Of a stretch of 36,252 bases of DNA, positions 1 through 9,232 are shown piece after piece. The first letter of the stretch is position 1, and every line of letters starts with the position of its first letter. Origin of the DNA: an archaeon (GTDB lineage: Archaea > Asgardarchaeota > Heimdallarchaeia > Hodarchaeales > S146-22); assembly GCA_024276395.1 (NCBI GenBank), contig JAJRXH010000754.1, forward strand, positions 1 through 36,252, read 5' to 3'. The notes below the pieces were generated by a model. The model made no database searches, was not told where the DNA came from, and saw only the letters and a list, made by a program, of their open reading frames with translations. The position numbers were made by a program, and so were the translations under genes.

Positions 1-1129
1 ATGTTATCAGCAAATGAATATTTAGGAAAAAACTCAAGAACATCCCGAAACTTAAGGGGCTGTAACTTGATTTGAATGGACCTTCTCCCATATAATATAC
101 GGATCGTGTTGTTGACAGTTAATTAAACCGTGGAATGACCAGCTTTTTGTCTTGATAGCATGTTATTGTCCATCATCTGGGATGGTATCATCTTTGATGT
201 TACATCCATTCTAAAACGCAAGTGGTTTTCGATCTCTTTCATTAGAATTTGGAGATGATTGCAAGTGGCCTAGTTATGTTCTTGCTTCAACGTTCTAAAG
301 TCAGCTAGATACATTGATGCGGGATGATGACTTGTGTCTTGCTGGAATGTTTGATATGACAACGGAAACAAGAGCATCATTACTGGCACGTGTTAGGATT
401 GTAGTTGGCAAGGTAGCGTGTTACAAGTGTATGACATCGTGAAAGTGACCCAGGAATCACTAGAGAAAGCATTCGGATGTTAGGAGATGTGGGGGCGCTA
501 GCGGCGTCGCGCAGTTGAGACCTTTAATTCGTTCTCCTCCATTGATTTGTCATGAATTTCATTACTTGATGTGTTTTGTAAAAAACCTACGTTATGTGAT
601 TGAATTTCTCTTGTAATCATTCTTGATATTGGCGATTCTCTTGGGTTCGATATTTTCATCGCTCAATTAGGTTTCGTAATTCAACTTTGAAGTTAGGAGT
701 CCTTATCCATGAAAAAGTAAGGCAATCTTGTCATACGTTCATTCAAGAAAGATATTTGCCGTGATGTTGGTGCATTTTTCCTCGATTTTTTTTACATCTT
801 GTCTTGATGATGAAAAAGTCGCCTCTAAGAATTCATTAATAGCTCAATTATTGTTATTTTGATAAGGTAAGATGTACTACGAGCTGGAAGCTAAGCCATC
901 ATTCCGATGCAAGGTTCTCGGGAAATGTTTGTACTTGTATTAGATTCATTGAAGGTAAAATAACCTTTTCAATTACCTTATTCTTGTCGTCACGTGCTTC
1001 GATTGGTGGGATTCTCGCTTACATTCAGGTTATGATCTGTTGTCAGCCTTGTTGTTCTCGTTTTTATGTTCTCCTTGTTGTTTGGTCATTTGTGAATTGA
1101 ATGTGAATGTTTACATGATGATATGAATC

Positions 1130-1696
1130 ATGATGTTCATTGACAGAAAAAGTGAGTTCCAAGCATTGTTGAAAGAGTTTCGGACTAATGGCTTCCGACT
1201 CATCGTCATTTATGGAAGGCGTCGTGCTGGTAAAACGAGGTTGTCTGTTGAAGCAGCCAGAAGACAGGGATTGTACTTTTATTTTTTGTGTGATGAAGGA
1301 AAGATTGAGGACAATGCGATGCTTTTTGCTCGAAGAGTAGCTGAAATTCTGAATGATTATGAACCACTGGTGAATACTTTCGAAGAGACTTTTGATCATC
1401 TTAAAAAATGCATTGGTGACCAGTTAGCCATCGTAATCATTGACGAGTTTCCTTACCTCGTAAAGAGTGATTCCACGATTGTTAGTCATTTCGAACGAAT
1501 CGTGGGTGACACTCTCTCTGAAACGAACATCAAGCTCATTCTGGTTGGGTCTAGTATGGGGATGATGGAGAGCCACGCGCTTAGTTATCAGAGCCCATTG
1601 TATATGGATCTTGAGAGATTCAGTCATTCCCGTCATTTAAAAGACGTTTTTAAAACTTACTTGTTTCTTTATAATTCTCCAAGGACAAGTGAATGA
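1130..1696 (+). pseudogene. C-terminally truncated 'archaeal ATPase' family (PF01637-like P-loop/AAA+) gene fragment
   Basis: N-terminal FIDRKSEFQAL, Walker A GRRRAGKT and Walker B-like AIVIIDEFPYL are typical of this family. It is only 188 aa where the family is usually about 350-450 aa. Family-like sequence ends right after SPLY. The last ~28 codons and the TGA stop lie inside repeat copy 1 (1613-1700). Confidence 0.6.
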
Positions 1697-1700
1697 CTCC
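1613..1700 (+). repeat. MITE-like ~90-bp element, copy 1 (most diverged left end)
   Basis: gagagattcagtcattcccgtcatttaaaagacgtttttaaaac...ctccaaggacaagtgaatgactc aligns by eye with copies at 21127-21218 and 22729-22819. All three are in the same orientation. Confidence 0.7.
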
Positions 1701-1749
1701 GAATATAGGTTCAAAAGGAGAAATCTGGCAACTGAAAAGACCTCTCACC

Positions 1750-2163
1750 TCATCTTGGATTAAATGGAATGACCGATAATTGATGAATTTTATTAAAATG
1801 AGGCACGTTTCCAGTCACTACCGCAGCATCATTTTCTAAGGCAATGCTTGCAATGGCCACGTCTGCAAACCCTATATCTGCACCCTGCTTGATCAAGTCG
1901 CTTCTAAGTTTTCCATAAATTTCAGCTGCTTGAGAACCAAAGTCAATGATTTCTAGCGAATCAAAAAGACCACGCAATGCTGAGAGCCTTTTTGAACTCC
2001 AATCCTTCTTGTAGGCTCCATAAAACATTTCTGCTTTATTTATCACCGTGGTCGCAAGCATCATCTCATCTCGTAACAATGACTCTAGCCTATTAATGGC
2101 AGCTGGATGACCAATGAGATAATAAGAAAGAAAGTCCGTATCAAGTATTACCATGGATGCCAT
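1750..2163 (-). CDS. vapC: PIN-domain ribonuclease toxin VapC
   Basis: N-terminal ILDTDFL acidic motif and C-terminal ENDAAVVTGNVPHF are typical of PIN/VapC. It is 137 aa and its start overlaps the stop of the upstream small antitoxin ORF. Confidence 0.8.
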   Translation of the reverse strand: MASMVILDTDFLSYYLIGHPAAINRLESLLRDEMMLATTVINKAEMFYGAYKKDWSSKRLSALRGLFDSLEIIDFGSQAAEIYGKLRSDLIKQGADIGFADVAIASIALENDAAVVTGNVPHFNKIHQLSVIPFNPR

Positions 2164-2374
2164 CTTGCCAGGCCTCTTTCGATGTCTTGATGAATTCTTC
2201 GACGTCTTTCTCTGTTAACTCATCTTTCAAAACACCTAATAGCGCTATAAATTTTTCTAAATTTGGTTTTTTGGTAAGACGGAGGATCACGTCGCTAAAA
2301 GATTCCCCCTCACGTTTTTCTTTCCGCAAAGCTTCATAAGCTTCCATATTCACGCTTATGGTCTTATATGGCAT
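2141..2374 (-). CDS. vapB: VapB-type antitoxin (small ISVNMEAYEAL..SFSDVILRL family)
   Basis: This 77-aa ORF sits directly upstream of the PIN gene and overlaps it. KTISVNMEAYEALRKEKREGESFSDVILRL resembles the archaeal antitoxin family that pairs with VapC. Confidence 0.7.
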   Translation of the reverse strand: MPYKTISVNMEAYEALRKEKREGESFSDVILRLTKKPNLEKFIALLGVLKDELTEKDVEEFIKTSKEAWQDGIHGNT

Positions 2375-2704
2375 TTTTCTACACCCACTTCATACTAGCT
2401 TTCTGATCTCGAAATCTCACATCTTGTCATGTATATTATTCCATGCATTATTCTTAAATACCTTTTTGCAAGACAAGTTGGTAATGATGAACAAAAAGAA
2501 CGAGTTATGAGGACGAATAAAACAAGTACATGAAAAATGATGTCGTAGTCTATCTGGAATGCTCATCAGAAGATTTGACATGTATGCCAAGAAGACCTTC
2601 ATCCAGCATTTGCATTCTTCCTAATATCGTGATGTTACCAGTGATTTTTTCACGAGATAACCTTGTTTTTGTTTAGATGAACAGAGACGGGATTGAGCGT
2701 GGCA

Positions 2705-3250
2705 ATGATGAAAATATGCCTGTTACAACTAATGGAGTGGCTAGGGGAAAATGGATATTATGCAAGGAGTGAACAAGAATTAGAACTGCTAGGAAAACTT
2801 GCTGAAAAAGGACTCGTCAAGTTAAAGAGAGGAACAAGAAAGGTTTACGTGATTACCGAGAAGGGAAGAATGTATTGGAAAAAACAAGCGTTGAAAGAGA
2901 CCCTTCAAGTTCCCAATGGATCACGACCGCATCCCGATCCCAAAACAATGTTAGAACAAGTATCTGAAGAGCAGCTGATTGGACTCGTGACAGAGGCGTA
3001 TCATCAATTGGCGACCGACATGAGACCACTAGTTCAACTCCCTGAACTCCGAAAGATCATTTTAAAACAGCTAGGAATGAATGAAGAAAAGCATGACCCA
3101 AAGATCTGCAAGCGACTAGATGACTTGCTCTTGAAACTCCATCACGAAGGCAAAATTACCTTACAAAGAGCAATGACCGCACGTGATGCACCAGATGGTA
3201 TTTGGACACCTAATGGCGTCTTTTATTACGTGACCATTCAACAGCAATGA
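2705..3250 (+). CDS. Winged-helix DNA-binding protein, probably two wHTH-like modules
   Basis: LLGKLAEKGLVKLKRGTRKVYVITEKGRMYW is a classic recognition helix plus wing. The C-terminal LPELRKIILKQLG...LLLKLHHEGKITLQ looks like a second WH. The ORF track starts at TTG 2693; the first ATG is at 2705. Confidence 0.6.
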   Translation: MMKICLLQLMEWLGENGYYARSEQELELLGKLAEKGLVKLKRGTRKVYVITEKGRMYWKKQALKETLQVPNGSRPHPDPKTMLEQVSEEQLIGLVTEAYHQLATDMRPLVQLPELRKIILKQLGMNEEKHDPKICKRLDDLLLKLHHEGKITLQRAMTARDAPDGIWTPNGVFYYVTIQQQ

Positions 3251-3456
3251 CCAAAATCGAAGAACAATCTAGATGCTGCATCAAGCAGAATCTCGCGGAT
3301 GATTGAGCTAAAAAGTATGATTCTAACCAAGAAGAAGAAAGACTTTCTCTCAAGCGAATGCACACGCGTTTTGAGAAATTAAAGAAGGAAATGAAGAAAG
3401 AACAAAGATTTGGAATGGGAATGAAGATAGGGTAAGTAATTAGAGGGAAAAATATC

Positions 3457-4869
3457 ATGTCTCATCAAAAAGCAATGGCAATCATCCAACAAAATCCTTT
3501 CAGTCGCTACATTTCTCGAGCAGACATGCCAGATGTGATTGATCTCCCACGTCCACGCCTAGAAGCCGAGGAACGAATTCGCCGATTAGTAGAAATGACT
3601 CGACAGACAAAAATACCTAAAGTACTCCCCATACTAGGTGAAGCAGGCCTTGGAAAGACCCATTTTTATTGGACTTTGCATTCACGACTCTCTGATGTGC
3701 TACTAGTATATGTACCCCCACCGACTACACCAAATAGCATCATGGCCAATTTTTACTTTTCTATCATCCGTGCGCATGGCAAGTTTCTCCTCAAGAACGC
3801 TGCTGAACAAGTTGTTAGCCGATACGGATCCATTGAGAATGCCCTTCATAGTTATGCTGGTAGTTGTGCAAATATGATTGAAGCCTTGTTCGTGTTGCAA
3901 ACAGATCCTTCCTTGAGCAAGTATGCTCTAAGATGGTTAACTGGATTAGAAATTGATCAAGATTCACTAAAGATCAGCAAGACCATAATGGATGACGAAG
4001 GTCTCGCATTAGAAGGCATCAAGGTTCTACTGCAAGAGGCGCCCGTGCCCATCGTTTTTTTTGTTGACGAACTAGAATCATTATTCATCTCAATGGGACA
4101 AGAAGCCGAGCTGCAATTCCTCGAAAGCATCAAGCGATTGGTGAATGAAGTCCCAAATTTCGTGTTAGTACTCTCCTGCATTACCAGCCTATGGGATCGA
4201 ATCTTGGAGCTTTCAAGCACCGCTTTTCAATCCCGATTAGAACCCCCCGTGGTGCTCAAGCGATTCACGAGACAAGATCTTGCTCAATATGCTGCGCTCA
4301 TCCTTCAAAAATTTTGGACGAGCGTGAACCTTGAACCAGAAGCCCAAAACCCTTATTGGCCCTTGGACAATGCCGACATCGAGGCTAGTTATGCCTATTC
4401 CCATGGTAATCCACGCGAAGCCATCAAGTACCTGCAAAACCGGCTTGAAGAGAAAAAGTTAGATATGCTCAAGGAATTCATTCACCAAGACAATTCATAT
4501 CGTACCAAGATTGAGTTTGCACGAGAAATTGCCAATCGTATCAAGCAGACCTTCCCCAATCTCAATCTAGGGGTGTTCACGCAGAAATCCTCCATCTTTG
4601 TTCTCCTCGCAAGAGAACATCTCCGATTACTCATGGTCATCCCCCCAGATGCAGCTGCCAGTAAAAAAGAAATCACGGAGACCTGGGCACAAGTGGAAGA
4701 CGCACTGGATCGCCAGTTATATCAAAAAGTTCTGCTCATTCATCCTTCTCAAAAAGTACTCTCTCTCCAGCCTCCAACCTTAGAGAATGATCAAAGAATT
4801 CTCATCATGAACGACAAGAACGTGGATTCTGTCATTGATTCATTGCTCCAATTCTTTCAAAGTTCATGA
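3457..4869 (+). CDS. P-loop NTPase of the ORC/Cdc6-like / archaeal-ATPase AAA+ type with an uncharacterised C-terminal domain
   Basis: N-terminal NPF motif, Walker A GEAGLGKTH and Walker B IVFFVDELESL. The GNPREAIKYL helix is typical of ORC/Cdc6-like AAA+ lids. The ~130 C-terminal residues have no recognisable motif. Confidence 0.65.
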   Translation: MSHQKAMAIIQQNPFSRYISRADMPDVIDLPRPRLEAEERIRRLVEMTRQTKIPKVLPILGEAGLGKTHFYWTLHSRLSDVLLVYVPPPTTPNSIMANFYFSIIRAHGKFLLKNAAEQVVSRYGSIENALHSYAGSCANMIEALFVLQTDPSLSKYALRWLTGLEIDQDSLKISKTIMDDEGLALEGIKVLLQEAPVPIVFFVDELESLFISMGQEAELQFLESIKRLVNEVPNFVLVLSCITSLWDRILELSSTAFQSRLEPPVVLKRFTRQDLAQYAALILQKFWTSVNLEPEAQNPYWPLDNADIEASYAYSHGNPREAIKYLQNRLEEKKLDMLKEFIHQDNSYRTKIEFAREIANRIKQTFPNLNLGVFTQKSSIFVLLAREHLRLLMVIPPDAAASKKEITETWAQVEDALDRQLYQKVLLIHPSQKVLSLQPPTLENDQRILIMNDKNVDSVIDSLLQFFQSS

Positions 4870-5636
4870 GTGATTCTTTCCAATTCCTCTCTTTTCATGG
4901 CAAACACTTAAAAAAACCCAGCGATATTTTCTTCATGGTAGATGCCATTAGCAACAAGGAGTTGAAAGTCGTGTCCCAAACAGATGTCGGCGTCATCGTG
5001 GTCCGCATCCTAGATGGAGTCCTAGATCAGTGTTTAGATAAGATTGATGAAGAAATCGAGCGATTCCTCCAAGAATCGTTAAGAGATAACACGAGATTTA
5101 GGGGCGGATATGTTTCCATCTCAGATACAAGAACGATGTTAAAAAAATTAGGTAGCCTCATCAGAGATCTAGTATATGATACCTTCTCAGAAGCTTATCC
5201 GGATATCACGGATGAAGTCAGGAATCGCCTCGATAACATCGTGAACTCCCTCAGTGGACTGCACCAAAACATCGAACTCTTGCAAAAAAGCCTTAATGAC
5301 AAGGAACAAGAGATCGAGAAGCTAAAAACCGAAAATCAGGCACTATTACAACATAAAAAGCAGCTAGAAGAATACATTGAACAACTCAAGCGATACTATG
5401 AAAACATCATTCAACAACTGCAACAAAAAATTAGCAAGGAGCAGCCTTCTGCTCCGATTCAACAAGATCAAGAAGCACTCATCCAGCAAATGCACCAACT
5501 CAACGAAGAATGGACCAAGCGATACCAAGAACTGGAAAAACGCTGCAAGGAATTGGAACGAGAACGAGAAGAACTGCGACAAGCATTGCAACTCAAGAAT
5601 CTGGCAGATACCATCGCAAAAGACGAAGAATCCTAG
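4866..5636 (+). CDS. Coiled-coil protein (small N-terminal alpha/beta domain plus ~120-aa Q/E/K-rich coiled coil)
   Basis: The ATGA start/stop overlap with the ATPase gene suggests translational coupling. The C-terminal half (LQKSLNDKEQEIEKLKTENQALLQHKKQLEEYIEQLKRYYENIIQQLQQK...) has heptad character. Confidence 0.6.
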   Translation: MSDSFQFLSFHGKHLKKPSDIFFMVDAISNKELKVVSQTDVGVIVVRILDGVLDQCLDKIDEEIERFLQESLRDNTRFRGGYVSISDTRTMLKKLGSLIRDLVYDTFSEAYPDITDEVRNRLDNIVNSLSGLHQNIELLQKSLNDKEQEIEKLKTENQALLQHKKQLEEYIEQLKRYYENIIQQLQQKISKEQPSAPIQQDQEALIQQMHQLNEEWTKRYQELEKRCKELEREREELRQALQLKNLADTIAKDEES

Positions 5637-5648
5637 GATGCAACCACC

Positions 5649-6770
5649 ATGAAAAGAAAACTCCTAATAATAGGAGCGACGGGATTTGTAGGAAGGCATT
5701 TTGCTGACGAAATGGCTAAAAGTAATGAGAAATACTGGCATCTCGTTCTCAACATCCCTCCGGAACATCCGTCACGACAGGCATTCATCAATGCTTCAGA
5801 AAAAGAAGGCAATTTTTCCGTCGCTTGGGCTGACATTGAAGATTATTATGAATTGAGGGACATCACGAGAGACGTGAAAGCCTGCATCAATTTTTCTCGA
5901 ATACCTTGGAACTTGAAGCCAGAGAGAAAAGCTAGAATCGACTACGAAAATACGGTTGATAACATCTTCCAAGCTTGTTTAGGTAATGGCGTTCAAAAAA
6001 TAATACACGTCACGTGTGCGCTCGTTTTTGGTCCCACGAATCAAAGAAGAAAGTCGTCCATAAATGATCAAATACCCCGACAGCTAGGTTCGGTTTCTCG
6101 TTCACTACCACGATTCATCAAGGCCCTCGAAAGTGAATTTCATCACCTACAGCAATACGTCGTGGAACGACTCTTCCCCATTAACGTGGTCTATCTTCCA
6201 TTTCTATTTGGGCTGGGAGAAAACCGCATCATCGGCGAATTGATGATTGACTACTTGCTAAATGAAGAACCAGTGCTACAATTTCTCGTTCAAAGAAAAA
6301 ATAAGGGAAAAAATAGAATCAACCTCTTACACGTGTCGGAAGCGGTGTCAGCTTGCAAGCACGTACTCAGTGAATCATATCCCTCTCGCCAATACTTAAT
6401 CGCTGGAGAGGATATCACTTTACAAGAACTCCTAGAAGCTTGGAGAGACGCTGGATTCTCTAGAATGGACATCGAACCTGACAAGCTCATTCAAGCACTT
6501 GACCAATTGAAGTTCCATTGGATGAACAAATTCTTGATAAAAAAACGCTTCACCTTTTTGTTCAAAACAACACGTCAACAATTAAAGATCAAGAAAGAAA
6601 ACAAGCAATTATTGAATTTATTAAACTATGATTGGAGTTTTACTCCCATCAATTGGCATGGTGAAGTCAAGAACACCATTGAAAAGACCATTTCAACTCT
6701 CAGAGCCTTTGAAAGAGAAATACTCAGGGTTGTTGAAGAAGGTGAAAAAGCTCAGAATCATCCAAACTAA
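5649..6770 (+). CDS. NAD(P)-binding Rossmann protein, extended/atypical SDR (epimerase/dehydratase-like)
   Basis: The N-terminal LLIIGATGFVGRH is a TGxxGxxG dinucleotide motif and IIHVTCALVFG is SDR-like. I could not find a clear catalytic YxxxK, so it may be an atypical SDR. Confidence 0.6.
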   Translation: MKRKLLIIGATGFVGRHFADEMAKSNEKYWHLVLNIPPEHPSRQAFINASEKEGNFSVAWADIEDYYELRDITRDVKACINFSRIPWNLKPERKARIDYENTVDNIFQACLGNGVQKIIHVTCALVFGPTNQRRKSSINDQIPRQLGSVSRSLPRFIKALESEFHHLQQYVVERLFPINVVYLPFLFGLGENRIIGELMIDYLLNEEPVLQFLVQRKNKGKNRINLLHVSEAVSACKHVLSESYPSRQYLIAGEDITLQELLEAWRDAGFSRMDIEPDKLIQALDQLKFHWMNKFLIKKRFTFLFKTTRQQLKIKKENKQLLNLLNYDWSFTPINWHGEVKNTIEKTISTLRAFEREILRVVEEGEKAQNHPN

Positions 6771-6789
6771 CTACTACTCAACTGTCCAC

Positions 6790-7851
6790 GTGTTTGGCAA
6801 CTTTACCTGGGATTCATTTTCACGAGAAAATACTGACGAAAAATCACTAGGAGGTCCACCCCGCTTTCAGGCTCCCTTGCTAGTAAAACTTGGCTATCAA
6901 CCGTGCCTTCATACACGAATCACGAGAGCGCAGTTTCAGCAATTTCAGATTCTGATGCGTCAGTTCATTAGTAAGAAAGAAAAGATGATAAGCCCATTCG
7001 AAACAGAACATTTGATTTTTACATCCAAAGCTACCATATTCAAGCATATATATGTCGAAAGTGGCGCAAGAAAGAGCTCTCTCCTTTCTAATGCCGGTCA
7101 CATCCCACTCACCCAATTAGGGACACGACACTTTAAACAAACCACGAGAAAAAAACATGTAGCCATCATCATAAGCCCCGTGTTCTATGAATTATTACCA
7201 AATGAAATCATTTCCCTCTCAAAAAAGACTGACATTCCTCTTTATCTTGATCCTCAAGGATTTCTTAGAAAAATTAACCCCAATACATCTCAAGTCGTGG
7301 GACATCGTTTTTGGAACCTAGAACTCTTTAATTCCGTTGATGTCATCAAGATCTCTGAAGAAGAAATGATGTGTTTATGCCCTCCAACGATCACGGAAGG
7401 ACTGTTAAAAGAATGGAACGCCTCAACAATTCATAAAATGATCTTGAAAGATCTTCAGAAAAGGAATCACGGAAAGATTCAATGGCAAAATCTGCGACCA
7501 AAAATGATCATCGTCACGAAAGGAGCTAAGGGTGCCGAACTAAGCATGACGCTCCACCAGAAAGGGAGCCAACAGCCCTCCTTCAGGCTATATTCATCTC
7601 CATCCTTCCCCACGAAAGTAAAAAATCCTACCGGTGCTGGAGATGCATTCCTGGTTGGATTCATCCATGGCTGGCATATCAGCAAGAACATCGAGTCGTC
7701 CCTTGCCCTTGCCAACGCCATGGCCTCCTTTCAAATTTCAGAACCAGAAATATTGTTTTCTAGCGAAGGCCACGAAGAAATAGAAAGAAGAATGAATTGG
7801 ATTCATGACAAGATTATCATAGATTTCCCCCTGGACAATTCCTCCCTTTAG
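6790..7851 (+). CDS. PfkB-family carbohydrate/nucleoside kinase
   Basis: IIVTKGAKGAEL and the PfkB signature NPTGAGDAFLVGFIHGW. The longest ORF starts at ATG 6628 but overlaps the upstream gene by 143 nt. The in-frame GTG at 6790, just before FGNFTWD, is the more plausible start but remains uncertain. Confidence 0.65.
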   Translation: MFGNFTWDSFSRENTDEKSLGGPPRFQAPLLVKLGYQPCLHTRITRAQFQQFQILMRQFISKKEKMISPFETEHLIFTSKATIFKHIYVESGARKSSLLSNAGHIPLTQLGTRHFKQTTRKKHVAIIISPVFYELLPNEIISLSKKTDIPLYLDPQGFLRKINPNTSQVVGHRFWNLELFNSVDVIKISEEEMMCLCPPTITEGLLKEWNASTIHKMILKDLQKRNHGKIQWQNLRPKMIIVTKGAKGAELSMTLHQKGSQQPSFRLYSSPSFPTKVKNPTGAGDAFLVGFIHGWHISKNIESSLALANAMASFQISEPEILFSSEGHEEIERRMNWIHDKIIIDFPLDNSSL

Positions 7852-8011
7852 GGCAAGGAGAACATCAATTTTCAAGAAATATCCTTGTCCTCCTGAAAAA
7901 TGATGAAAACTGGACGATAATGTACTAGACTAACGACAAGAATCACGTGAGTCTCACAGAAAAAATGGAAAGATGACTAATTGATGAATGATCATTAGTA
8001 GACTGTTGTTG

Positions 8012-8662
8012 TTAATAGAAAAAGGCTCTCAACTCTGGATCTTGTTGCAATAATTCACAAACTTGAAGGCCCAGGGCAGTAAGCTGCCACCCACCACTCT
8101 CACTCCGTTCGACGAGACCTATTTCTAGCAGAGAGGTACTATACTTTCCTGACTTGATGTGGCTCCGAATGGTATCCAGCCCCACTCCTAAAATCTTGCT
8201 AAGTTTCTTGTATCCGACAGAGTCCTTGTATAATTCAATTAGAATCCGTTTTTTTGTTCTTCCCATCCGCTTTACAATCTCTTCGGGAGTCTTTGGGATG
8301 TTCCTATTTCTTGATGGCACCCCATCAGAATTCACATTCCTTGAAGATACCATGGTTCCTCGGCCATCATTCGGCTCCATCCGACCATTTCGAACTCGTG
8401 ACGATGAGGAAGAAGAGACATGATGATGTTCCTTTCGTCTTTTTCGATCGCGATGTCGTCTCGCTGGAACTCCGTTAGAAGATCGGGAAGATCGAAATGA
8501 AGACGAAAAACGACGACGAGGCTTCTCGTTCCCAAAAGAGAGTACATCACGCGATGTCGTCCATCCACGCCGACTTTTTCCAGAATTACGAGATTGTTTC
8601 TTCCCACGAAAATTTTGGTTTTGAGACGTTTTTTCTCCTTTTTCCTTATCATCTTCAGACAT
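8012..8662 (-). CDS. Protein with ~130-aa Arg/Ser/Lys-rich low-complexity N-terminus and C-terminal winged HTH
   Basis: N-terminus SRRGWTTSRD...RRRFSSSFRSSRSSNGVPARRHRDRKRRKEHHHVSSSSSSRVRNG. C-terminus KRILIELYKDSVGYKKLSKILGVGLDTIRSHIK...GLVERSESGGWQLTALG is a wHTH. Confidence 0.6.
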   Translation of the reverse strand: MSEDDKEKGEKTSQNQNFRGKKQSRNSGKSRRGWTTSRDVLSFGNEKPRRRFSSSFRSSRSSNGVPARRHRDRKRRKEHHHVSSSSSSRVRNGRMEPNDGRGTMVSSRNVNSDGVPSRNRNIPKTPEEIVKRMGRTKKRILIELYKDSVGYKKLSKILGVGLDTIRSHIKSGKYSTSLLEIGLVERSESGGWQLTALGLQVCELLQQDPELRAFFY

Positions 8663-8700
8663 TAGCTCCGCACCCTACAAAAAGATCGTGACCATACGAG

Positions 8701-8731
8701 AAAAATAAAATAAAAAATAAAACAAAAAAAA
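8701..8731 (-). terminator. Oligo-T tract downstream of the eL42 gene (archaeal intrinsic-terminator-like)
   Basis: The plus strand is almost pure A (aaaaataaaataaaaaataaaacaaaaaaaa), giving T-runs on the minus strand about 60-90 nt after the eL42 stop. Confidence 0.4.
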
Positions 8732-8792
8732 GGACTTCCTACACTCCTTGAGGCAAGTCCCCCTCATAGTAATTAATGTTTATTCCAACTAT

Positions 8793-9092
8793 CTAACGAA
8801 TTAACTCAACTCGCTTGGCTCTGGGGCGGCTTCGTGCCCATTGTTTACCACAAGTCTCACACTTTAACCGTAGATCAACTCGTTTTGTAGTTTTTGAAGT
8901 TCGACTCCGCTGGCTGATGGGACGTTTTGAATACCGACCCTTGTTTCCATATCCCTTCGTATGTCGTTTCTTCCGTCGTTGACCCTTGCTCCTACCGCCA
9001 CCCCGTTGCCGTGTTTTTTCAATGGAAACTTTATGCGTAGTATGTGATCGACATTTACGGCAATATGTCCTCATTTTTGCTGGAATCTTCAT
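8793..9092 (-). CDS. rpl44e: Ribosomal protein eL42 (L44e)
   Basis: MKIPAKMRTYCRKCRSHTTHKVSIEK...GYGNKGRYSKRP...RVDLRLKCETCGK is the characteristic L44e zinc-ribbon protein. I chose the MKIP start; the ORF track extends 14 codons further to 9134. Confidence 0.9.
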   Translation of the reverse strand: MKIPAKMRTYCRKCRSHTTHKVSIEKTRQRGGGRSKGQRRKKRHTKGYGNKGRYSKRPISQRSRTSKTTKRVDLRLKCETCGKQWARSRPRAKRVELIR

Positions 9093-9196
9093 GCAACACA
9101 CTTCCCCACATCGTGCTTCTTCTAGCGGTCTCAACTAAAAAGATTATCTTCGACATCCATCCAACCACCACTTTTAAAATATGTTGTGCTTCAAGA

Positions 9197-9208
9197 ATTT
9201 TTTTAAAA
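9197..9208 (+). promoter_or_regulatory. TATA-box-like element upstream of the JAMM gene
   Basis: atttttttaaaa lies about 25-35 nt upstream of ATG 9233, spacing that fits a leaderless or short-leader archaeal transcript. Confidence 0.35.
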
Positions 9209-9232
9209 CAGGTAACCATCTCATCACCTGAA

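Noticed and set aside
320-400. Possible C/D-box sRNAs (AUGAUGA-like C boxes here and at about 7900 and 10291)
   Set aside because: No properly spaced CUGA D box or C'/D' pair could be found, and UGAUGA is common in AT-rich sequence.
6628-6789. Long 5' extension of the PfkB kinase ORF overlapping the SDR gene by 143 nt
   Set aside because: PfkB domains start within a few residues of the V.V.G....D strand (here VHVFGNFTWD). The extension is more likely a fortuitously open frame, and an in-frame GTG exists at 6790.
8154-8652. Alternative-frame ORFs across the RS-rich gene (8154-8423 plus, 8254-8478 plus, 8332-8652 minus)
   Set aside because: Low-complexity DNA keeps several frames open. Only the 8012-8662 frame ends in a recognisable wHTH domain.
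9044-9232. 5' extension of the JAMM ORF (track start 9044)
   Set aside because: It overlaps the divergently transcribed eL42 coding region and translates to an implausible peptide. The MPN domain begins just after ATG 9233, which also has a TATA-like box about 30 nt upstream.
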